Shown here one piece after another: positions 47,138 through 56,888 of a DNA stretch of 64,000 nt. The notes under the pieces are model-generated. The model had not been told where the DNA came from and ran no database searches. It saw only the letters and a program-made list of their open reading frames with translations. The position numbers were made by a program, and so were the translations under genes. Numbering within the stretch: the stretch's first letter is position 1; each line of letters begins with the position of its first letter. The stretch lies in NCBI GenBank assembly GCA_965248435.1, contig OZ252100.1, positions 448,001 through 512,000 of the forward strand, in the 5' to 3' direction. Source of the DNA: Candidatus Latescibacterota bacterium (GTDB lineage Bacteria > Latescibacterota > UBA2968 > GCA-2709665).

Positions 47138-48493
47138 TTAACTCACACAGGCCTCTTTCTCCATCCGGCGCCGAAGTCGAACGACGGAATCGCCCTCATC
47201 TATCTCGACATCGGACCACCGTAGGTGCTGCCCCTCGGAGATATCATTCTTCAACTTCACGCTTTTCGCCAGGCCAATAGGAAGTAACCCATCCTCCAGC
47301 GCGTCCCCCGCCGGCATCAACCTTCCGTAAACACAGTAGCCACCCTCTCCATCCAGAACCTCACCCGCCGTCAGTTCGCGCTTCGCCGTTGCGACCACAT
47401 CCGCGTGGAATTCGCTGGGATAGCCCGTCGCCTCTCTTTTCAAGCCGGCCTTCAGGACCGAGACGGCCAGCTCCATCCCGATCAGATGATACGATCGATA
47501 CATGGCGGCGTAACGGCCTCTGTCATCGGTAGGCAGCCCATACTCTCCCAAGCACCGTCTGATATAGTCGCTGCCTGCCTCGAAGGTCACGTAGACGCCC
47601 CAGCGAAGGTCATCCTTCACCGCGCGCCCGTCCCGCTCCAGGCTAGATACGACTTCGACCGTGCCGCTGTGTTCCAGCTGTCCCCCCTCACTCCTGGGTC
47701 GACATACGTTCGCCAGCTCATTGACCGGACATGGCGGAAAATTCAAACCTGCTTTCTGAGGCCGTAGCCCTGTCGCGTTCGCAACCGCCGCCATCTCGAC
47801 CGCAGATTTTGTCCCATCCAGGAACGAGTTGAACATCTTGGGGTTAAAATCTCCCTCAGCAACCTTCTCCTCGCTGTATCCGTAGTGTTCCCAGACCGTA
47901 TCAGGCGTGGACGCGTGATAGGCTGGCAGATACTTTGTCCCTTTCCCCGCGCAGACAACTTTAAATCCGCAGACCCTTGCCCATTCGACCAGTTCACAGA
48001 TCAGGGCCGGCTGGTCTCCATAGGCCAAGCTGTAGACGACGTCTGCCGACTTCGCGGCTCTTGCCAGCATCGGCCCCACCAAGGCATCAGCTTCCACGTT
48101 GACCATCACGACGTGACGACCGTAGTCGAACGCGGCGTGTGCATACCCGACTCCGGCTTGAGGATCACCGGTCGCTTCGACCAGGACATCGAGGCCGTTC
48201 GCCTTGATCAGTGCTTCGCCATCCTCTGTGAGATGGGTGGTTCCCTCCGAGATCGCCTGATCGAACGTCTGGGCGAAATCTCGCTCCGGCGGCCACTCCG
48301 CTCTTTTGAGGGCCTGCTTTATTCGTTCGACCGAAAGGTCCGCGATCCCAAGCACGTGAAGACCGGGTATACGATAGGCCTGGCTCAGGAACATCGTCCC
48401 GAACTTTCCGGCGCCGATCAAACCGACTCGGAGAGGCTTGCCTGATTCGGCTCGAGCGGCGAGTTGTTCGAGCATCGGTCTTTCCGTCAACAT
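47138..48493 (-). CDS. NAD(P)-dependent oxidoreductase with C-terminal SAF domain (homoserine dehydrogenase-like)
   Basis: VGLIGAGKFG, VEATG, NVEADALVGP, GDQP, FLDGTKSAVEM, LDGEGGYCVYG, LPIGLA. Confidence 0.85.
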   Translation of the reverse strand: MLTERPMLEQLAARAESGKPLRVGLIGAGKFGTMFLSQAYRIPGLHVLGIADLSVERIKQALKRAEWPPERDFAQTFDQAISEGTTHLTEDGEALIKANGLDVLVEATGDPQAGVGYAHAAFDYGRHVVMVNVEADALVGPMLARAAKSADVVYSLAYGDQPALICELVEWARVCGFKVVCAGKGTKYLPAYHASTPDTVWEHYGYSEEKVAEGDFNPKMFNSFLDGTKSAVEMAAVANATGLRPQKAGLNFPPCPVNELANVCRPRSEGGQLEHSGTVEVVSSLERDGRAVKDDLRWGVYVTFEAGSDYIRRCLGEYGLPTDDRGRYAAMYRSYHLIGMELAVSVLKAGLKREATGYPSEFHADVVATAKRELTAGEVLDGEGGYCVYGRLMPAGDALEDGLLPIGLAKSVKLKNDISEGQHLRWSDVEIDEGDSVVRLRRRMEKEACVS

Positions 48494-48520
48494 GAGCTCC
48501 TGGTTGATACGTGTTTCGTG

Positions 48521-49297
48521 CTAAGACATCAACCTCCCACCATCCACGTTGATGCACTGTCCGGTCAGACCAGACGACGCCTTGCTCGACAGGTAGACAG
48601 CCAGAGGTGCGATTTCCTCGGGCACAAGCCTTCGGCGCATCGGCGTCTGCCTGGCTTCCATCTCGGCGAAGGTTGTCCCGAGGCGCTCGGCGTCATACGC
48701 GATCCGCCTGTCGTTCATATGACTCTTCACCGGGCCGGGGCAGATCGCGTTCACGGTGATCCCGTTTTCCGCGACCTCCAGGGCGAGCGTGCGCGTCAAA
48801 CCGATCAGTCCGTGCTTGCTCGCCGAATAGGCCGCACCGTGAGGCACCCCCATTCGGCCGGCAATCGAGGCGATGTTGATGATTCGCCCATAAGACCTTT
48901 CGATCATCCCCGGCAGCGCACGCTTGCAGAAGAGGTAGGGCACGGTCAGGTTGACCTTGAGGAGCAACTCCCAGAACGGATCGTCATACTCAACGACCGG
49001 TTTCGGATTGTCGATACTCCCGATGCCAGCATTGTTGACGAGGATGTCGAGCCGGCCGAACGTCTCAAAGCAGTGGTTCCACACCCGGTCCACTGCACTC
49101 TGCCCGGCAAGATCGGCCACCACGACCGAACAGCGACCTGCATCCGATTCGACCTCACCCTTCAGCGCCTCGAGCTTGTCGGCCGAGCGGCCCGTGATGA
49201 CGAGGTCGGCGCCCTCATTTGAAAGGGCCTCCGCGATCGCGCGCCCGATCCCACGACTCGCGCCGGTGACCAGCGCGACCTGACCTTGAAGCTTCAC
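48521..49297 (-). CDS. Short-chain dehydrogenase/reductase
   Basis: TGASRGIG, LVNNAG, YSASK, NAICPG, INVDGG. Confidence 0.93.
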   Translation of the reverse strand: MKLQGQVALVTGASRGIGRAIAEALSNEGADLVITGRSADKLEALKGEVESDAGRCSVVVADLAGQSAVDRVWNHCFETFGRLDILVNNAGIGSIDNPKPVVEYDDPFWELLLKVNLTVPYLFCKRALPGMIERSYGRIINIASIAGRMGVPHGAAYSASKHGLIGLTRTLALEVAENGITVNAICPGPVKSHMNDRRIAYDAERLGTTFAEMEARQTPMRRRLVPEEIAPLAVYLSSKASSGLTGQCINVDGGRLMS

Positions 49298-49334
49298 TCC
49301 TCCTCCTCGAGGAAAACGGCCATCGTTCGAATGA

Positions 49335-49712
49335 CTACGCGTACTTGATCACGTTGATCACGGCACCCTGGGGGTCCCTGATCGTGGCAATGCGCCCGAC
49401 TTCGATATCCTGCGGCCCCATAAGAATCTGAGCCCCAAGCTCCTCGGCCTTCTTGACCGTCGCGTCCGTGTCCTCTACAGTCACATAACTGCCCCAATGG
49501 GGTGGAACCCCCTCCGCTTCCTTCGGGATCGGCATCAGACCGGCAACCGGCTCCTCTCCTCTTTTCAGCATGGTATAATCAAAATCGGGCATGGGGAAGG
49601 CTTCGGTCGTCCATCCGAACACCTGTGTATAGAACGATGCTGCCGCTTCCGTGTCCGTTGTCATCAGCTCGTTCCAGCTGAAGTCACCTGGCTTGGAATC
49701 TGATCCTGGCAT
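49335..49712 (-). CDS. VOC (glyoxalase/bleomycin-resistance) family protein
   Basis: PGDFSWNELMTTD, FYTQVFGW, PHWGSYVTVED, GRIATIRDPQGA. Confidence 0.9.
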   Translation of the reverse strand: MPGSDSKPGDFSWNELMTTDTEAAASFYTQVFGWTTEAFPMPDFDYTMLKRGEEPVAGLMPIPKEAEGVPPHWGSYVTVEDTDATVKKAEELGAQILMGPQDIEVGRIATIRDPQGAVINVIKYA

Positions 49713-49761
49713 ACGTCCATCCTCCATCAAAACGTGAGTTACCTGCCTGCGACCTCGGCTG

Positions 49762-49884
49762 AATTCACTTTTTGGACATCTCGGCCCATCTCGCCCTCCA
49801 GATATCCCGGCCTAATTCACCTTGATGACGGCTTGGCCCAACTCGCCTTTTAGATATCCCGCCCCAAATCACTTTTTGGACATC
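49762..49884. repeat. Degenerate 52-bp tandem repeat (about 2.4 units)
   Basis: Units start at 49762, 49814 and 49866; tcactttttggacatc is exact at 49765 and 49869. Confidence 0.7.
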
Positions 49885-50108
49885 CCTTTCGTATACACCT
49901 TCCCCTGGATGATTTTGTGTGCAGGACGGCCCTGGATCATTTGAGCCCTTGCGAACTCCTGCCCGCATCCCGGACACCTGAGGTCTCCCTCCGTCCGATC
50001 TTCGACGATCCTGTCCAGGAAGCACTTGACCAGTCCCCCCCGACCCCCTTTATGATATTTGTAGAGGAGGACCCTGCATTTTGCGCAGTGAATAGAGATC
50101 GTGCGAAC
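49869..50108 (-). CDS. Small zinc-ribbon protein (2x CxxC) with no canonical start codon
   Basis: VRTISIHCAKCRVLLYKYHKGGRGGLVKCFLDRIVEDRTEGDLRCPGCGQEFARAQMIQGRPAHKIIQGKVYTKGMSKK*; GGAG lies 6 nt before a GTT codon. Confidence 0.7.
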   Translation of the reverse strand, partial: VRTISIHCAKCRVLLYKYHKGGRGGLVKCFLDRIVEDRTEGDLRCPGCGQEFARAQMIQGRPAHKIIQGKVYTKGMSKK

Positions 50109-50119
50109 GCTCTTCTCCC

Positions 50120-52999
50120 CTAGATGATCTGAAGCGAAAACAGCCTGGCATTTTCCAGAACAATCCTGACCTTTAAACTCCTTCGACCCAGATCAGCCAG
50201 CCCCCGCCCGCCCCAGGAAGGTCGGTGGTCCACCTCATCTCCTGCAAACGAATCGAAGTCTGCGAGGCGATATCCGTCGAGCACACTCCCATCTTCCTTC
50301 AGCACCTCCACACCAAGGCTGCCGCCATTCTCCACCTGCGCATTGATGCAGAGGTCGTCCCCATCGAATCGGATCGGATGAGTCGTGACCTCACCGGCCC
50401 CACCGGTCGGAGCTGCATAGGCCAATCGGCCAGGCCTGATGTGCGTGAAGAGCGGCGCGTACCTCATTCGTAGCCCCCGCTGCCAGTTGGTTTCCCAATC
50501 CACAAAGTAGGGGGCTTCCGAAAAATGAGGAAGACGGGCCTTGCGCTCCTCCAGGGAGGCGTTCCCGCTGATGCTGTGATTGTGACGCCCAGTGATGGCG
50601 GTATTGTGCAGCCACCAGGCATCCCTGCCGTCCTTGTCCTTATACGGATAGTAGCTGCGCCCCTGGAAATACATGCCCCAGTTGTAGGACCCTTCCTCTT
50701 CCGAAAGTTTGATCATCGGGGCGCGGTGGTGCCTGAACCGATGCCAGTGGAGCAGATCCCGTGACCACATCAGCTCCGGATATTGGGTATGCTCATAGGT
50801 CGGATAGCTTCGGAGCTCTGCGAGATACATCTCTCCCCCGTTCACCGCCCGGCCGGAGCTCGAGGTCCCCCGCAGCATGGTCCGGCCATGGTGGGAAGCG
50901 GGCTGTTCAAGAATGAGCCCCATGTTGTAGAACTGCATACCGGGGGCATCAAACTCATCGGGCGAAACGCACGCCCGCTTGTGAAAGTGAATCCCGTCAT
51001 CGGTCCACATTACGGCGAGATTGCGCTGTGCGTCGCCCACGAAGTTGTCCCACGGCATGTTGTGCGGTGGGTAACCGGGGGTCCCGGGTCGATAATACCA
51101 GAATAGGGTTGGCTCATCCCTGCGCTCGATCTGTTCCCGAATCGTCTCGTTGCTGTGCATCAGGTCCATTCCCGGTCCCCGGTGGATCAGGGCTTCGTCC
51201 GTCAGGAACAAGTATTCATTGTTTCCTTTATACATCATCGGGTAGTAGCTGCGACACAGTCGCTTAGAACCTGTATCGACCCCGAAATCCCAGTCCTCTG
51301 TACCTCGCTGATGGTCTTCCCAGTCCCGCTCCTGATAGACGGGTTCGAAACCCAGTTCGTCCATCGAGCCTTCGAAGTCATCCGGCCACATGAAGTCGAT
51401 CTTCGGGTTACGGCCGTTCGCGATGAGCGCCATGAACACCCTGTCCGGGTCAACGGGGCCGTCCCTTTCCTCATCAAACTTCCTGAATTTGAACTTCGGC
51501 GTATTCACTCCCAGGGTAACCGAAGCCGTAACCCCTTCAGGATCGATCTCTCGGATCGCGTCTTCTGCCGTGCCCAGGATGTTATTTGCTTTGCTGCCGT
51601 GGAAGTCTACGCGACCCAACTCAGGTTTCTCCCAGTCTACGCCATTCCTCGAGGTCGCTAGACATCTATGATTGGGGCGGTTCAGGTCCTCTGGGTAAAG
51701 CTCAAAGATCTCTGCCCTGGATTCATCGATTTCGGTCAGCGGAAGAAGCCCGCCGTCCGGGCGGATGCCCGGAACCGAGAGCATCAGGTGGTCCGTATTC
51801 CTGGCCTGCTCAGGCCGGGGATCCTGCAGAATAACGTGCGAACAACCGTCGGGAGGGATGTGGAACTCCTTCACCCGTGACCCCTGATCCAGAAGTCTTT
51901 TAAGGAGGCCCTCGTATCCGGTTCGAACAGGGTTCTTGGCTACAGTAGACTGGGTCCGACTCTTGCGAATGTTCCGAAAGTGGCCTGTGCCTAATATCAG
52001 TCGCAGATTGTCGGGCTGATCGTCCTCACTCGACAGATCGTCGACGAGCAGGTGCCAGCCGAACCCGCGACGGTAATAGCTTTCGGGATCCGAGGTGTAT
52101 TCCAATTTGTAGAGCCCCTCGTCTTCATCGTAATTCAGACTCCGCATGTTCATAATCCCGAATTCCCAGGGCCTGTCCATCTCTAGCGCCGGACCGTCCG
52201 GGTTTGGATCATAGCTCATCGGCCAGAAATCGACACCCTTTACCTCCTCAAATAACCAGTCGTCACACATATACTGCAATGCGCCGCCCAGGTTAAGCGG
52301 CGGTTCGGGCTTCACGTCCGGTCCGATCAATTCCTTCCAGAACTTGCGGACCATATACGGCCCGAACGGTCGGCCGTCTTCAACTAGCTGAACCCGAATC
52401 CAGTACTCCCCTCGCCTCCAGCCGGCGTGCTCGAACCTGACGATCTGCGCAGCTTCCGACAGGTCCAGTTCGATGGGCTCGACTAGAGATTTGGACCCAC
52501 GCCGGGCGACCACGTCCATCCTTACCCGGCAGGCGGACATTCGCTCCGTCTTCAGTCGGATCGTTACGGGCACCTCATCGTGGTCGATACAGACCGGACG
52601 AAGCGCCGCGCACTCGATGAATCCAGGAGGGAAATCGTTGTGCAGCCTTCCGAGTGGGCTGTTCGCGTAGAGCTGATCCTGATCCAGCTCCATCGTCTCC
52701 GTGACGATCGGAGCGCCGTCATTCAGGATTTCAGCCGAAAACGTTGTTCCTCCCATCTTGAACAGGTGATTCGAGGCCGGCCCGGAGACCTGTTCCCAGG
52801 CCCCGTCATCCATCAGCGGATAACGGATCTCGATCTCGGCCCGTTTGCCTTCGCACGCGAGTGTGCAATCCACTTCAAGCGCATATCCGCACGGCTGCGT
52901 AGCCTTCACGCGCGCGGTGAGGTGGCCCCAATGACTCGGATCACCCGGCAGATGAAGTCTCAACAGCTGGGTGAGGTGATCTTTTTGGATGACCTGCAT
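50120..52999 (-). CDS. Large hypothetical protein, GH32/43-like beta-propeller with C-terminal beta-sandwich
   Basis: Asp-box-like ATSRNGVDWEKP, WTDDGIHF and WSRDLLHW; C-terminal GEVTTHPIRFDGDDLCINA...LENARLFSLQ; no signal peptide. Confidence 0.65.
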   Translation of the reverse strand: MQVIQKDHLTQLLRLHLPGDPSHWGHLTARVKATQPCGYALEVDCTLACEGKRAEIEIRYPLMDDGAWEQVSGPASNHLFKMGGTTFSAEILNDGAPIVTETMELDQDQLYANSPLGRLHNDFPPGFIECAALRPVCIDHDEVPVTIRLKTERMSACRVRMDVVARRGSKSLVEPIELDLSEAAQIVRFEHAGWRRGEYWIRVQLVEDGRPFGPYMVRKFWKELIGPDVKPEPPLNLGGALQYMCDDWLFEEVKGVDFWPMSYDPNPDGPALEMDRPWEFGIMNMRSLNYDEDEGLYKLEYTSDPESYYRRGFGWHLLVDDLSSEDDQPDNLRLILGTGHFRNIRKSRTQSTVAKNPVRTGYEGLLKRLLDQGSRVKEFHIPPDGCSHVILQDPRPEQARNTDHLMLSVPGIRPDGGLLPLTEIDESRAEIFELYPEDLNRPNHRCLATSRNGVDWEKPELGRVDFHGSKANNILGTAEDAIREIDPEGVTASVTLGVNTPKFKFRKFDEERDGPVDPDRVFMALIANGRNPKIDFMWPDDFEGSMDELGFEPVYQERDWEDHQRGTEDWDFGVDTGSKRLCRSYYPMMYKGNNEYLFLTDEALIHRGPGMDLMHSNETIREQIERRDEPTLFWYYRPGTPGYPPHNMPWDNFVGDAQRNLAVMWTDDGIHFHKRACVSPDEFDAPGMQFYNMGLILEQPASHHGRTMLRGTSSSGRAVNGGEMYLAELRSYPTYEHTQYPELMWSRDLLHWHRFRHHRAPMIKLSEEEGSYNWGMYFQGRSYYPYKDKDGRDAWWLHNTAITGRHNHSISGNASLEERKARLPHFSEAPYFVDWETNWQRGLRMRYAPLFTHIRPGRLAYAAPTGGAGEVTTHPIRFDGDDLCINAQVENGGSLGVEVLKEDGSVLDGYRLADFDSFAGDEVDHRPSWGGRGLADLGRRSLKVRIVLENARLFSLQII

Positions 53000-53017
53000 G
53001 TCGCGGAACCCCTATTC

Positions 53018-53106
53018 ACGACCGCGGACGACGGGCCGCGGACCGCTCAAAACTCGATAGATCGCGCGATTCAATTCCGTGGTCTGCCGTCTGTGGTCAA
53101 CGGTCG
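53018..53106. repeat. Inverted heptamer arrays, RCGGACC / GYSGTCN family (copy 3)
   Basis: acc gcggacg acgggcc gcggacc gc ... gtggtct gccgtct gtggtca acggtcg. Confidence 0.75.
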
Positions 53107-53184
53107 GCTGCCGTTCAGTAGAACAAAAAGCGTGGATGAGAGCCTCACTTCGTAGGTAATCGAAATCCGAAAGTGTGGCGCAGC

Positions 53185-54156
53185 CTACTGCGGCAGCTCC
53201 AGAATACGTCCCTCTCTCTCGGAGCAATACGCTGTCTCGATCGCTTCGATGTTTTTCAATCCGTCGTAACCGGAGGCCATGGGCCCTCTGTCTTCCAGAA
53301 CACGTCGGCAGAAATGGGCGAGAATACCGTCATAATAGTCGGGAAACTTGGCGGGCAGGACCTCCTCGGTGCCCTTGGTCTTCACAGTTAGGTCATCACC
53401 CAACAGAAGGGTGCCCTCGGTGCCGTATACTTCCAGAATGTATCCAGAGCAGGGCACAGCGTGAGTGACGCCAAGCATGCCGTGGGCCCCTGATGTGAAT
53501 TCAACCAGCACGAAGCCGCTCTCCTCCACCTCCCGGTTGAAAATGGCCGAACTTCCCATATAGGCGATGCGAGCAAATTCTCCGTGAAGGTAACGGAACA
53601 GGTCCAGGTAGTGAGAGCCCACGTCCATGAGAAACCCGCCGCCTCCCCGGGCCGGGTCCAGACGCCACGCTCCCTCCTTCCGCTCGGTCCACTTCGCCAA
53701 ATGGGCCCGAAGCTCGATCAGAGTCCCTAGCCGTCCAGAGTCCAGGATCTCTTTCGCGCGTTGATAGATCGGCCAGCCTCTCAAGACGAGGCAGATTTCC
53801 AGGATAACGCCTGCCTGATCACAGGCCTCTATCATCTCTTTGCACTCGTCGGAGTTCATCGCCATCGGTTTATCGCAGAAAATGTGCTTCTTGTGTTCGG
53901 CAGCAGAAATGACGTGCGCTTTGTGGAGATAGACCGGGCTCGAGACATAAACCGCATCCACGTCCGGATCCGAAAGAAGGTCATCGACAGTGTCGTAATG
54001 CCGTCGCGCTCCGAATTCCTTTGCGAGTTTTGCCGCCCGATCCAGATCCCGGACCATCAACGCCTGGATCTCACACGCCCGACACCGGTTCATCGACGGC
54101 ATCACGCGCGTCCGGGCGATATTTCCGGCTCCCAGAATGCCCCACTTTACCGACAT
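53185..54156 (-). CDS. Gfo/Idh/MocA family oxidoreductase
   Basis: WGILGAGNIA, DVDAVYVSSP, HIFCDKPMA, GGGFLMDVGSHYLD. Confidence 0.92.
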   Translation of the reverse strand: MSVKWGILGAGNIARTRVMPSMNRCRACEIQALMVRDLDRAAKLAKEFGARRHYDTVDDLLSDPDVDAVYVSSPVYLHKAHVISAAEHKKHIFCDKPMAMNSDECKEMIEACDQAGVILEICLVLRGWPIYQRAKEILDSGRLGTLIELRAHLAKWTERKEGAWRLDPARGGGGFLMDVGSHYLDLFRYLHGEFARIAYMGSSAIFNREVEESGFVLVEFTSGAHGMLGVTHAVPCSGYILEVYGTEGTLLLGDDLTVKTKGTEEVLPAKFPDYYDGILAHFCRRVLEDRGPMASGYDGLKNIEAIETAYCSEREGRILELPQ

Positions 54157-54244
54157 ACGCCCTGATCTCCCCCACGACGAAGAGACTCGGCGCGGAAAGC
54201 ACTTTCCACGCCTCGCCTGGCCAATCGATCCTCTGAGATGAATC

Positions 54245-55075
54245 TCACGCTTCCAGGAGGGGTCGAATCCACTCCACGAATCTTGGAAACGCCTTTTCGG
54301 GCTCCGGAAGCTCGGGGTGCCACCGCTTCTCGTTTTCGAAAATCACCCATCCGTCGTAATTCATTTCCTGGAGAAGCGCGATGGCCTCAGCGAGCGGCAG
54401 CTCACCCGTTCCGGGAAGCACGTAGCGCCATCCGTCTCTTTTCATGGCTTGAGGATGGTCCGGATCATAAACGGCGTCTTTCAAATGAACGTGCTTCACC
54501 CGATTCCCCAGGATCTCCAGGGTCTTCTCTGGAGATTCGGCCCCTACGCGGGAGGTGTGACCCACATCCCACACGAAGCCGAAGGCAGGATGCGGAATTC
54601 GGTTCAGGAGAATCTTACAGTCGTTGGACGAGATCCAGTGATCGTGCGTTTCGAAGACCCACTGAAGCTGGTCTGCCCCCTCGATATCCAGAACCGCCTC
54701 CATCGTGCGCGCGGCAACTGCGGCCAGCTCCTCCCTTGAATGGCGATCGGCATCTCCACCCCCGAACACACGAATTGCAGGGATGCCCAACTCGGCCACG
54801 ATCGGCACCGTCCGCTTGGCCTCCTCGAGATTCTGTTCCAGAAGCGCCTCGTCGCATATCTTGAGGCTGCTGTTGATCCCCGCCTGAAGACCGAAGGCAG
54901 ACAGTTTCTCCTTGGTCTTCTCGAACTCCGTCGTGAACTCAGGCCTTAAGGTCACATCGACGTCTTCCTTCAGGCCCCTGAAGTCCACGCCTTCGTATCC
55001 GTACTCCTGCGCCCGCGCGCAGATCGTATCCAGATCCCAATCTGGACATCCAAGTGTCGTAAACCCGATCTTCAA
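54245..55075 (-). CDS. Sugar phosphate isomerase/epimerase (xylose isomerase-like TIM barrel)
   Basis: FTTLGCPDW, IRVFGG, FETHD, WDVGH, HVHLKD, PGTGELP, YDGWVIFE. Confidence 0.9.
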   Translation of the reverse strand: MKIGFTTLGCPDWDLDTICARAQEYGYEGVDFRGLKEDVDVTLRPEFTTEFEKTKEKLSAFGLQAGINSSLKICDEALLEQNLEEAKRTVPIVAELGIPAIRVFGGGDADRHSREELAAVAARTMEAVLDIEGADQLQWVFETHDHWISSNDCKILLNRIPHPAFGFVWDVGHTSRVGAESPEKTLEILGNRVKHVHLKDAVYDPDHPQAMKRDGWRYVLPGTGELPLAEAIALLQEMNYDGWVIFENEKRWHPELPEPEKAFPRFVEWIRPLLEA

Positions 55076-55097
55076 TTACCGATCCCTGTCATCGCAC

Positions 55098-55905
55098 TCA
55101 GGCCGGATAGACCAGAGGATGAAACTCCTCGTCGTCCATCAGATCTCCGACCTTTCGCCTCACGACCTTCGTAACGCTCGTGATTCTTCGGATATACACC
55201 CTGAGGATCTCGTTTGATGGTAGACCCATCCTGCATGAACACGATCGTCATTCCCCTTCGCCCATACGGAGTCATGTTAGCCGTGGCGGCGTGCAGCATC
55301 AGCCCGTTGTGAAACGCGAGGCCGCCTGCCTTCAGTGCGACGGGTACGGCCTCCAGCTTGCCCCACTCAGGATAGACCTCAAACATGGCGCCGACCTTCC
55401 CGCCGGACCCGAAGTCCTGTTCCAGCTCACGACTGTGCGAGCCAGGCAGGTAGAAGAGACAGCCGTTCTGGGTGTCCACATCCTCGAGTGCAATCCAGAC
55501 GTTGACCGCGTGTGACGAATCGAACGGCCACTTGCGTCCGTCCTGGTGCCACGCCGTCGGGTTGGCCCAGGGCACTTTGTAGATGGCGCGATCCACGAAC
55601 ACCCGCACCCGATCGATCCCCTCCAGGTCTGCTACCAGTTTGCCAAGTCTAGAGTCGTGAAGGATCTCGCGAACCCTGGGGTTGTCCACGCAGAGATTGA
55701 TCCGCTGGAATATAGCGGGGTTCGTGTCGCCCCCGGTGGTCTCCGGATCGTCCCCCGGCAGCGCGGCGCCCTTCCTCCTGTCGATGGCATCTTCGACGGC
55801 GTCCCTGAGGGCCTCGGTCTCCTCGGGCGAATAGAACTCCTCGAAGATCAGAAATCCGTTCTCGCGGTAAGACGCGATCTGTTCCTCTGAGACTTCAGTG
55901 ATCAA
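55098..55905 (-). CDS. Phytanoyl-CoA dioxygenase (PhyH) family Fe(II)/2OG oxygenase; frameshift near 55154 in the last ~20 codons
   Basis: TTG start after GAGGGAGG; WHQD, WIALED, NGCLFYLPGSH, LMLHAATAN. Paralog-matching tail KVGDLMDDEEFHPLVYPA* lies in the shifted frame (as-read stop at 55072). Confidence 0.88.
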
Positions 55906-55918
55906 GAGACGACCTCCC

Positions 55919-56707
55919 TCAGTTCTGATACGCCACCGGATAGAACTCTTCGTTGTCAAGGAGGTCGCCCGCCTTCAACCCGGCCGTAAAGGACTCTGGG
56001 AGGGCGGTCGGCACACCGTTAAACGTACTCCCGTCGGGCATGTATGCGCACGTTACGGCCTTCCGGCGCCCGGGGGTCATGTTCGCGGCCGCGGCGTGCA
56101 GCATCCAGCCGTTGTGAAACGAACAGCCACCCGCCTTCAGTACCGCCGGTGCGGGCTCCAGAGTCGAAAATTCCGGATACGCCTCGAAGAGGGCTGAAAC
56201 TTTCCCTCCCGACCCGAAATCCTTGCCCAGCCGCTTGCGGTGCGTTCCCGGAAGAAAAAAGAGACAGCCGTTCTGGAGCGTGACATCCTCGAGCGCGATC
56301 CAGATCGTGATCGCGTGCTCCGAAGTAAAGGCCCACTTCCGGTCATCCTGGTGCCAGCCCGTGGGGTTGGCCCAGGGCAGCTTGTAGAATCCGACATCCT
56401 GGTAGACTCTGACGCCATCCACGCCTTCAAGGTCTGCCGCCAGCTTCCCGATCCTCGGATCCAGCAGCAGCTTCCTCATCTCGGGGAAGTCCATCCTGAG
56501 ATTGGCGGTTATAAGCAATGCCGGATTGTTACCCGTCTTTGCGTCCGGATCATCCCCGGGCTGCACGGCTCCCTTCCTGCTCGCTATCGCTTCATCCACC
56601 GTTTCCCGCCAGGCCTGAAGCTCCTCCGGATTCAGAAACTCGTCCAGGATGAGGAACCCGTTGTCTCGATAGGAGGAAATCTGATCTTCGCTGAGCTCAG
56701 TCACCAT
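55919..56707 (-). CDS. PhyH family Fe(II)/2OG dioxygenase
   Basis: YRDNGFL, WHQD, WIALED, NGCLFFLPGTH, WMLHAAAAN..RR; start ATG 56707. Confidence 0.92.
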   Translation of the reverse strand: MVTELSEDQISSYRDNGFLILDEFLNPEELQAWRETVDEAIASRKGAVQPGDDPDAKTGNNPALLITANLRMDFPEMRKLLLDPRIGKLAADLEGVDGVRVYQDVGFYKLPWANPTGWHQDDRKWAFTSEHAITIWIALEDVTLQNGCLFFLPGTHRKRLGKDFGSGGKVSALFEAYPEFSTLEPAPAVLKAGGCSFHNGWMLHAAAANMTPGRRKAVTCAYMPDGSTFNGVPTALPESFTAGLKAGDLLDNEEFYPVAYQN

Positions 56708-56759
56708 CTCGGTCTCCCCTTCAGTTCTGGATGGTGCAAACGGATCTACACGGACAGCC

Positions 56760-56843
56760 AAAATATCGTAAAGCGGAATGCGCGTCAAACCAAAATTCAT
56801 GCATACAATTCCGGTTGACTTCGCGGTCGGTGTTCCTCATAAT
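56760..56843. promoter_or_regulatory. Putative divergent sigma70 promoters between the two PhyH arrays
   Basis: Minus TTGACG-17-TATTTT (-35 at 56783-56788); plus TTGACT-17-CATAAT (56815-56843). Confidence 0.55.
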
Positions 56844-56888
56844 TCAACTCAACAGAATGGTCGCAAAACAAGAAGGAGGCAGCTCGTT

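Noticed and set aside
49762-49884. Mini CRISPR array
   Set aside because: The whole 52-bp unit is repeated, so there are no unique spacers; only about 2.4 units and no cas genes.
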